In this document: piece after piece, positions 54,892-64,000 of the stretch
How the letters are laid out: each line of letters begins with the position of its first letter
How positions within the stretch are numbered: the stretch's first letter is position 1
Source: Octopus vulgaris
Lineage: Eukaryota
Assembly: GCA_951406725.2 (NCBI GenBank)
Contig: OX597815.1
Span: forward strand, 38,502,001 to 38,566,000
Reading direction: 5' to 3'
Length of the DNA: 64,000 nucleotides
Program-made: the position numbers and the translations under genes
The notes under the pieces: generated by a model
What the model saw: the letters and a program-made list of their open reading frames with translations, nothing else
Databases searched by the model: none
Told to the model about the DNA's origin: nothing

Positions 54892-57885
54892 TATGTTTGA
54901 CTTTTGCTTTATATTTGTACAAGTTGGCTCCAAGTCTCACCCAGAGACCTCAAGAGACAACAGGGTTGGAAGTTCATGTTGTTGTTATGCCTAGTGTGCC
55001 ATATATTTGGGGGTTGGGTGTTGTACTAATGAATGTCTAAAAAAAAAAGTTTTTTTTTTTTTAAACCGAAAATTATGTTTGTTTTAAACCTTGAGATTAC
55101 ATAGAGAGTATTTTGCGTAGGATATGAGCAGTTCCCATGAGCACTATCTTTTGAACTTCTGCCATTTTTGGGTTTCCTGGTACCTGAGTTAGGTAGCTAT
55201 CAGCCCCTTTTGCTATCATTCCCAGGGCACCTATGACAACAGGTATTGTTTTAGTCTTCAGCTTCCACATTTTGCTGATTTCTATTTCAAGATCTTTATA
55301 TTTGCTCAGTTTTTGGTAGGCCTTGACAGATACGTTTATATCGATTGGGACAGTCATATCAATGAGGAGGCATGTTCTTTGTTTGAAGTCTTTCAATATG
55401 ATGTCTGGCCTATTTGCATCTATCTTCCTGTTAGTTTGAATGGTGAAGTTCCAGAGGAGTGAGATGTGGTCATTTTCAAGCACTGGGGGTGGTTTGTGTT
55501 CCCACCAGTTTTTTTCATGGGGCAAATCCAGGTTTTTACAGATTACCCAGTGAATATATTGTGCAGCTCTATCGTGCCTGTTGAGATACTCTGTAGGCGC
55601 TAGAAGACTGCACTTGGAGACCACATGGTCAATGGTTTCATTTTGTTGCTTGCATACACGACACGTTGGACTGCTTCTGATCTTTAATATGTTGGCCTGG
55701 TAGTTTCTTGTTGGTAGGCATTGATCTTGAGCTGCTATGATAAACCCCTCTGTTTCAGATTTTAAGCCAGAGGCCATTAGCCATTGATGGGTCAGGGCTT
55801 TGTCGATATCTGCATTATTCGCTCTCTTTGGGTATTTGCCATAGAGAGGTTTTTCTTGCCATTTATTATTCAGAATATCTAAGGCCGCAGTTTTGGCACG
55901 GGTTTTCATGCGCCTAGCTTTTTCTGTGCTTGTTTCTTGTATATATATCTCTAATTCCGAAATTGGTTGTATTCGGAATTCACTTAGATATTCCTTTGCC
56001 TGTTTTGTGACTGAGTATGGTGCTTTCTTATTTTCATGTTTTGAGACAAGTTTTAACATCCAGTCCTCAGAGTTTTTCAGGTAGGTGTCTAGGCCAATTG
56101 TAGCAATCTTCATTGTTATTGCCAGTTGCAAAAGACCACGGCCTCCTCTTTTCTTGGCAGATAGAGTCGTTCTGTATCTGCCTTAGGGTTGTGCATTCTA
56201 TGCATTGTCAACAGTTTCCTTATTTTTCTGTCGAGCTGACATATTTCAGTAATTGACCAGTTAACAATATTGAAACTGTAAGTCACGACTGGTATAGCTA
56301 ATGCATTGATTGCTTCGATCCTGTTTCTTGCATTCAGCTCTGTCTTGAGTATTGCTCTCACTCTTCGATAGCATTCTCTCCTGATCCTTTCCTTCATCTC
56401 TGAATGCCTTATTCCGTTCCCTTCAATTACCCCTAGGTACTTGTAGCTCTCCGCTGGGTCTAGTTCTTTTATGACATTCTGTTGGTCAAGGTTAACGTTA
56501 GATGTTTCTGTCATTTTTCCTTTGATAAAGGTAGCCTTTGCACATTTATCGAGGCCGAATTGCATTCTGATGTCGTCACTGAATTGTTTGACTATCGCTA
56601 GTAAGCCCTTGAGTTGTTGATCATTTTTTGCAAAAAGCTTTAAATCATCCATGTAAACGAGATGATTTATATTTTTATCAAACATTTTATACCCGTACTG
56701 CGCGTCATTGAGCAGCTTTGAGAGAGGTATTAAGGATAAACAAAAGAGGAGTGGTGACAGTGAGTCACCCTGGAAAATGCCACACGAAATTTTTACATCA
56801 CCAGCATTTAGGGATTCACTGTCACTATTCAGAGTTAGTGTGGTTCTCCATGATCTCATACTTACAGTCAAGAAGTTTCGCAGAGTTGGTGCTATCTTAT
56901 ACATTTCAAGGCATTTCCTAATCCAGCTATGTGGTAGGCTATCAAAAGCCTTTTTATAGTCTATCCAGGCTATTGATAAGTTTTTGTGTCGTTTGTGACA
57001 ATCTTCTAAGATCATCTTATTGATGAGTAGTTGGTCTTTACAGCCGTAGGATCCACGTTTACATCCTTTCTGTTCATTAGGGAATATGCTGCTGTCTGTT
57101 AAAAAACTATAGGTATATTCCGTCAGGACAGATGTTAGTGTTTTGTACATAGTTGTTAAGCAGGTTATGGGTCTATAGTTTTTTGGTTCATTTGTTTCTT
57201 CACTTTTTGGAAGCAGGAATGTTAACCCATTAACTAGCCAAGGAGGCATCCTACTAGGGTGTTGCAAAACATCATTGTACAGTTCTGTTAGCAGTTCATG
57301 GCTCTCTGGGAAGGCATTCAGCCAGAAGTTAGGAATTTTATCCTTTCCTGGAGACTTCCATTTGCTTGACCTCCTGAGAGCAGATCTTATATCCTCTACC
57401 TTGACACCCTCCCACGTTTGCTCTTCTAAGGGGTCCAGTTCTTTAGATATTCTGTCATTCCAGGGGGCCTTTTCGTTGTGTGTTTTTTCTTCTGCCCAGA
57501 TTTTATTCCAAAATCTCTGCACTTCTTCTTTTGATGGTACAGACCCTGCAGTAAACGCTGTTTTTCCTATCTTCCTGTAAAAATTCTTGGTGTTATTTTT
57601 GAACATGTTGTTGTCCTTGAAAAATCTAACACGCTTTTCATACCTCGCTATGCGGGCAGCTTTGGCAGATACCTTTTGTTTGATGGTTTCTATGGTGGCA
57701 TCAATATCAAGTATAGTTTTCATATTGTATTTTTTCAGTAATTTTGGGGTTTTTGTAGGTTTGGTAGTCTTGTTAGCCTTAAGGTTTTTCAAATATTCAA
57801 TGTCAGATCTAAATATTTTAATTTGTTGTTGCAGACGCTCTTGCCAAGAAGGCTTTTTGTGGGACTGTTGCCGTTTTCTAATCTT
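54891..57885 (-). mobile_element. Young R4/Dong-like retrotransposon, 5'-truncated
   Basis: ORFs 56116-57792 and 55097-56131, with (TAA)n on both sides. Confidence 0.95.
55097..57792 (-). pseudogene. RT-CCHC-RLE polyprotein with one frameshift in the GGRGL motif (~56140)
   Basis: WKSPGKD, WIDYKKAFDS, GIFQGDSLSP, YMDDLKL, then LPRKE|(GGRGLL)QL, CRVC-HVVSKC, RPDII..IDMTVP..KYKDL. Confidence 0.93.
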
Positions 57886-57896
57886 TAATAATAATC

Positions 57897-57939
<43 letters not shown>

Positions 57940-57959
57940 TATTATTATTATTATTATTC

Positions 57960-59965
57960 AGTAGTTTTATTTTTATAGCGTGCTTTCACTTCACTAACGA
58001 GCGCAGCTCTGTGTGCCTTGGGTATGTGCTGTGATATGTTGTGATGCTCTGATGGTTATTGTATGGAAAGTGTTCTGCGTAGGATGTGTGCAGTGCCTAG
58101 TAGTGCAATTTTCTGTATGTTATATGTGTTTGTAAGTCCTGGTGTTTTTGTTATGTATTTGTCTGAATATTTTTTTATCATGCCTAATGCACCTACTATG
58201 ATAGGAATCGTTTCTGTTTTTAGATGCCACATTCTGGTTACCTCTATTTCCAGGTCTTTGTATTTCGAAAGTTTCTCCATTTCTTTTAGAGACACGTTGT
58301 CATCTACCGGTATTGATACATCAATTAGAAAGCATTTTTTTTCTTCATGATCTCTGACAACTATATCTGGTATGTTGGCCTTAATTTCTCTATCTGTGTG
58401 TATCGGCATATCCCAGAGTATGGTTGCTTTCACCTTTTCTGGTTTGTGCCTATACCATCTTTTTTCTGTTGTTATTCCATAATGTTGGCATAGCTTCCAG
58501 TGTATGTAGGTTCCAACACTGTCATGTCTGTGAATATATTCCTTCTTAACCAGGACTGGGCAGCCAGAGATAATATGATTTATTGTTTCTTGTCCATCTC
58601 CACATATTCTGCAGTTACTTGTTATATTTCTTTTCATTACATGTTTTTGGTAATTTCTGGTGGGGAGGCTTTGGTCTTGTGCTGCAATTAAAAATCCCTC
58701 CGTCTCTGCTTTGAGTCCTGAGCTTCTCAACCATTGCTGGGATTTTTCTTTGTCTATTTCTTTTGTATTTAGTTTAGTCCAGTATTTACTATGAAGGGGC
58801 TTTTCTTGCCATCGTTTTATCATGGTTCTTTGCTGTTCTAGTTTTAGTTTGGATTTCATTTGTTTTATAGATTTTGTTCTTTCTTCATCTTCTTCATCTT
58901 CTTTATATTTGTTAGGTGCTATGATTTCTTGTTTGTATTTGTCAGCTTCCTTAAATGCTGATAACAGTTTTTTGTTTTGCTCGTGTTTTGCCGCTATTTG
59001 TATAAGTTTTCCTTCCGTCTGAAGTAGATATTTTTGCAGTCCTATGGTGGTTATTTTATAGTAGTTTTCCAGCTGTATAAGGCCTCTACCACCTTCTATA
59101 CGTTGTATATATAGTCTTTCTATGTCAGATTTTGGGTGATGCATCCTAGATCCTGTCATTATTTTTCTTGTTTTCCTATTTGTTTTGGTCAGTTCATTTA
59201 GTGTCCAGTTAAGGATATTGTAGCTATAACTTATAACTGGGACAGCTAAAGTGTTAATACCTATTATCTTGTTTTTAGCATTGAGCTCTGTTTTTAGTAT
59301 TGATCTAACTCGTCTATAATATTCTTTTTTTATTTAATTTTTCATTTGTGTGTGTTGTGTCTTATCTAGTTCATGGATTCCTGAGTATTTGTAAGTTTGG
59401 CTTTGGTCTAATTCTTTTATTTCATTGGTTTTATCTAGTGTGATGTTGCTACTCTTAACTAGTTTTCCTCTTTTCAGGGTTACTTCGGCGCATTTTTCTA
59501 ATCCAAATTTCATATCTATTTCTTTGGTAAATCCATGAACTGTCTTTAATAGTGTTTCCAGCTGTTTGTCATTTGCAGCGTATAGTTTTAGGTTATCTAT
59601 ATATAAAAGGTGGCTGATCGTTTTGCCGTAACATTTATATCCGCATCCAGTTCTATTTAGCATATCAGTGCCAAGCAGAAAAGGAGTGGAGAGAGCGTGT
59701 CTCCCAGGAATATTCCTCTTCTAATGGGGGTGGCTTTGGTTTTCATGAGTCCCTCTTTTGTTTGGAGCTGGAGAACTGTTTGCCATTTATTCATAGAGTG
59801 TCCTATGAATTTTATAATTGTTGCTGCTACTTTGTTAATGGCTAGTGTTTCGAGGATCCATGTGTGCGGGATGCTATCAAACGCCTTTTTGTGGTCGATC
59901 CCGGCCATACTGAGGCCTTTCTTCTTTCTGTGGTTGTCTTCAGTTATGGCTTTATTAATCATTAG
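57960..59965 (-). mobile_element. R4/Dong family B, 3' two-thirds
   Basis: ORFs 59657-59962 (IDHKKAFDS, GIFLGDTLSP), 59334-59663 (YIDNLKLY) and 58056-59159 (GGRGL, CRIC-HIISGC, IPDIV..IDVSIP). Confidence 0.95.
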
Positions 59966-59971
59966 TTGATC

Positions 59972-60042
<71 letters not shown>

Positions 60043-60062
60043 TCTGTTGTTATTATTTGCAG

Positions 60063-60734
60063 AATCCTGGATGAAAACAGGTATAAATAACCGTGCAATC
60101 AAAAATAAGAAATACAAAAAGGAATTTTTGAGAAAATATCATTGTATCTTATTTTCTACCAAAATAATTTTTAAAATGAATACATCCGACCAAGATATAT
60201 TCGAAGAAAACCCAAAACCTGTAAGGATTACTGAGCATTCCCATTCCTCAACAAATAGGGTTCCAAAACCGCCTCGACCTCTTCCTAGAAATGATAGTTG
60301 TTCGCCAAGAGTTCCGACCGAAAGGTTGGGTCGTGTAAACCAGATATGCAAGCAATTAGAATCGAGACCTCTTGCTGATACTGTCGAACTTCGAAATGGG
60401 AAAGTAACTCATCGAGCATATGGGTCAAATTTTGGAGTCAACAAAATCAAATGTAAAAATAACGGCTCTCCACGATCACCGCAGAGAAAAACTGTATCGA
60501 CTGCATTGAAGCATAACAGTGAAGGGCAGAAAGAAGCTCAAAAATTTATTAAGGATACTGTATTACATAATTACATAAAGGAAAATGAAGATGAGGTAGG
60601 GGACGATGATAAGAAGAACGGAGAAGAAGAGAATGAGGAAGAACCGGAGCAGGAGCAAGAGCAGGAAAATAAGGACGGCGAGGTTGCGGAAGAGGAATGC
60701 AAAACAATTGCTTCGGAGTATAGAAAGTTGAATA
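60063..60734 (+). CDS. Probable host-gene exon encoding a disordered Pro/Ser-rich then acidic N-terminal region; identity unknown
   Basis: A 672-nt stop-free, non-repetitive frame bounded by acceptor TTATTTGCAG| and donor |GTAAGT, with in-frame ATGs at 60071 and 60176 and no transposon motifs. Confidence 0.65.
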
Positions 60735-61634
60735 GTAAGTTCTGATTTTTTTTCTCTTTCAACCAATATAAAATTTTTATGCTTAAATTCAGCTTCGTTT
60801 CATCAATTCAGTCAATGTTTTAATAGTCTTTTTCTTAACTATTTCTTTTTCGTCTCTTTTGTTTCTTTGTATATTTGTCCACCAAGCAGTGAAATCCGTT
60901 TGTCACACGAAATTATGGGCCTTCTCCCGAAATGTCTTTCCTAAATATCTATTGGCAGAACAGTGTTTGCTACTTCTAACAAGAAATATGGAAACTGTCA
61001 AGAAATAATATGTACTGTTCCAAGTATTATTTTATGCTATAATAGTTTTAATGAAATATTTCTTACATCGAATTAGTAATTTGGATGGATAACAACAATG
61101 AAACGGGATATCACATATCTACAGGTCCCGTGAAGATTATTTGAAAGATTTAAGCAGTTTTAAAAGAGAGTCAGAAACGAACCAAAGATATTTTTCCCGA
61201 AGAACGTAACTCAGCAACTATATTTTTTTTGTTTTTCGTTTTTCTTTTCTTTATAATGGCAACATATCTGATATTATGGTATCTTATTTCCCACTAAAAT
61301 AGTTATTAAATGAATACTTCTGACAATGACGTAATGAGAAATAAAAATTGTCATAGTGAATTTCATGCTTCTTTCAGATATTAGATGCATTATATGAATC
61401 GAAGTTTTTCCCACAAAATATTGCATCTGGATGGTAGATTTAGCTTTCTAACAAATTCTTTCACAATGGACAGTTTGAATACTAAAGGTTGAATTTGGAA
61501 ACAAACCAATGATGTCAATAGAGTTGTGAACATCTTAAAACTAATTATAGGTTCGTGCTACCATGAATCATAAAATCGATTTAATTATGAGGAAATTAGA
61601 GAAATGCTGAAATGGTTCTAACAAAAAGTGAGAA

Positions 61635-61866
61635 ACGTACCTATTTCTTTACTACCCACAAGGGGATAAACACAGAGGGGACAAACAAGGACAGACACAC
61701 GGATTAAGTCGATTACATCGACCCCAGTGCGTAACTGGTACTTATTTAATCGACCCCGAAAGGATGAAAGACAAAGTCGACCTCGGCAGAATTTGAACTC
61801 AGAACGTAAAGACAGACAAAATACTGTGAAGCATTTCGGCCGGCGGGCTAGCGTTTCTGCCAGCTC
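61635..61866 (-). mobile_element. SINE family A
   Basis: Reverse complement of the 46730-46960 unit. Confidence 0.88.
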
Positions 61867-61992
61867 ACATACCAAAGACATACCAAACATACCAAAGACA
61901 TTTTTCCAAAAAGCATAACAGAATTTCTACACCCCTAGCAACTATTTTTTAATATTTTATTTGTTTCAGTCATTATTCCGTGGAATTTAGGG

Positions 61993-62446
61993 TTGTGTGT
62001 CACATAGCTAGCTAGAGGCGATGGCCTCTTGGAGCTAATCAACGGCAGCATTCGTCCTGTTTTTCTGGACTACCATGTTAGCTTGGCGATAACTATTAAT
62101 ATCCAGTATCGCTGCCATTGTCTCCTTTAGAGAGAATTAGAAATAATATTTCTAATTTTGAAAACCAGTGAATCTATTCCACTGAATATAGGTAAATAAT
62201 CCTCCGAATAGTCGATCAGCAGTGACGCCTGCTGGGTTCGGCTACTCCACATTGATAAGAGGCAAGCACCTCGAAACTAGTCTGTGGATGCCAGACCAGC
62301 AAGGGGAAGCTGCTGACCTCCCCTGTTCGAAGGTTATAATGGACACAGGTTTGTGTGTCACATAGCTAACCTCTTGGAGCTAATCAACAGCAGGATTCCT
62401 CCTATTTTTCTGGACTCCCATGTTAGCTTGGCGATAACTATTAATA
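61993..62446 (+). mobile_element. Retrozyme/pLTR-like partial tandem repeat (~345-358-nt unit, ~1.3 copies)
   Basis: Direct repeats at 61993-62101 and 62351-62446 enclose a hammerhead. No ORF. Confidence 0.7.
62246..62288 (+). ncRNA. Minimal type I hammerhead ribozyme, U3:A8 variant, predicted GUC^ cleavage after 62282
   Basis: UCCACA-UUGAUAA-GAGG-caagca-CCUC-GAAA-C-UA-G-UC^UGUGGA. All three stems pair and stem I extends further. Confidence 0.85.
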
Positions 62447-62662
62447 CTTATTCTATCGTCTACGATATAATAACAGAACTAATAGTGTTGCTATTTTCTT
62501 CTAAACAGCCAGATATCTGAGATTTTAAAATGGAAAATAAAAGGTGTGTATGTCACGCTTTTCCTTCGGCATTAGACTCATTATATAAACCGAAATGCTT
62601 CCAGCAAAATATTGTGTCTGGAAGGTAGACTGCGCTTTCTATGACATTTTTCTACAATGAAC

Positions 62663-62819
62663 GGCGCAAGCGTAGCTGTGTCGTAAGAAGTTTGCTTCAC
62701 AACCATATGGTTCGTGTTCAGTTTCACTCATGTGACTGAATTTGTAGGTGACGCTACTTTTCTTTGAAGGACACACTTGGGAGTGAATTTGGTAGATGGA
62801 AACTAAGTAGCCCGTTGGC

Positions 62820-62896
<77 letters not shown>

Positions 62897-63075
62897 GTAT
62901 GTGTGTGTGTTTTGTCCAAATCTCTAAGAAAATTAAAATTTATATATATATATATATATATATTATATTCAATTAGAGATAAAACCACTGTTAGGCAAAT
63001 ATATGCCAGGTGGTGCTATTAAGTTAGACATGGCCTGGGCCAATACTGGCCAAAACCTTTCTAAGTTATTCTAAG

Positions 63076-63108
<33 letters not shown>

Positions 63109-63328
63109 TGTGGGAGTGTGTGCGTCTTTGTGTCTGTTTGTCCCAACTACTGCTTGACAACCGGTGTTGATTTGTTTACATCCCCGTAACTTAGTGGTTC
63201 GGCAAATGAGACGGTAGAATATATCCCAGGCTTAAAAGGAAAAATAAGTTTTGTGCTCGAATCGTTCGACAAAAATTTCTTATGGCGGCGCTCCACCATG
63301 ACCACAGTGTAATGACTGAAACAAGTAA
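62663..63328 (+). mobile_element. SINE family B, diverged and interrupted
   Basis: Head at 62663-62820 and tail at 63120-63328, separated by microsatellites and a short insert. Confidence 0.75.
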
Positions 63329-63460
63329 ATTATAGAAAATAATTATAAAGGCCAGATTCGGAAACAAACCATCTTTAACGATAAAGTAGTGACAACCATA
63401 AGACTAATTATAGGTTACTGCTAATTCGAATCATAAATTCCATGTAATTTTGAAATTATA

Positions 63461-64000
63461 TCAGGCTGAGTAAAACGTAAGCAACGTTTTGAAACAGGAA
63501 ATTCGTCGCAATGAAATTCAACAATGCGGAAATTTTATTCATCAAAGTATCATTACCATCAACACATTTTTTGCCAATGGGTTACACGTTTGTTTATTCT
63601 GGTAACATAACGATCTGGAGTTCTGGAGTTGTTGAACTCTTTGAACGAACTTTCAGCATCGGTTTGATTTTTTTAACTCCTTCTCTCGCAGGAAACCATC
63701 AAGATACTTGAAAAAGTGGTAGTCAGTAGGAGAAACATCTGGGGAATGAGCTGTGTGGGAAGAACTTCGTAGCCAAGCTCCCCCCATTAATGGAGCGTGG
63801 AATTATTTGCTCTCTTCTTTTGACCAGTCTGAGACGGAGGAGTAGCAGATTTTCGTTCATTGTGGCTATTTCATGGCAATAAGTTTCTGTAGTAATGGCT
63901 TTTCCGGGTTTTAAGAAGTCATAGTGCAGGAGTCCAGCAGTACACCTCCAAACAGTAACCATAACCTTCTTTTTGAAGAGCTCGGGATTAGGGAAGGTTT
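63461..64000 (-). mobile_element. Mariner transposon, 3' half with TIR
   Basis: VMVTVWRCTAGLLHYDFLKPGKAITTETYC, HSPDVSPTDYHFF and WQK-CV, with terminal TA-TCAGGCTGAGTAAAAC at about 63459-63490. Runs off the window end. Confidence 0.88.

Noticed and set aside
59966-60062. Signal-peptide-like poly-Leu start of the 259-aa ORF
   Set aside because: It is the (TTA)n tract upstream of a splice acceptor.
61379-61434. Possible micro-exon (TTTCAG|...|GTAGAT)
   Set aside because: The donor is weak and the duplicated copy lacks the acceptor AG.
63023-63066. Hammerhead-like TTAGA..GGCC..GGCC-AAAA..TCTAA
   Set aside because: The CUGANGA strand is absent.

Overview
AT-rich, microsatellite-dense eukaryotic DNA that is almost entirely transposon-derived. 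The SINE families and microsatellite load point to a coleoid cephalopod such as Octopus, which is an inference from remembered repeat families. The dominant component is about 18 copies or fragments, from several divergent families, of R4/Dong-clade non-LTR retrotransposons (RT, CCHC finger, PD-(D/E)xK restriction-like endonuclease). They are stacked in trains inside (TAA)n microsatellites and nearly always read sense along the TAA strand. Two copies are one lesion away from an open frame over their surviving (5'-truncated) coding length (35883-39245, 54891-57885). Their 3' ends share a covarying stem/internal-loop/stem RNA motif despite little primary similarity. A second layer consists of Penelope-like RT relics, fold-back inverted repeats and several minimal type I hammerhead ribozymes. 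These include an apparently intact U3:A8 variant inside a ~350-bp partial tandem repeat (retrozyme-like, 61993-62446) and a candidate G3:C8 variant. Also present are three tRNA-derived SINE families, two mariner relics, a 660-bp palindromic MITE-like element, two unclassified non-coding repeats and one plausible host coding exon (60063-60734). Coordinates were read by eye and may be off by a few bases.
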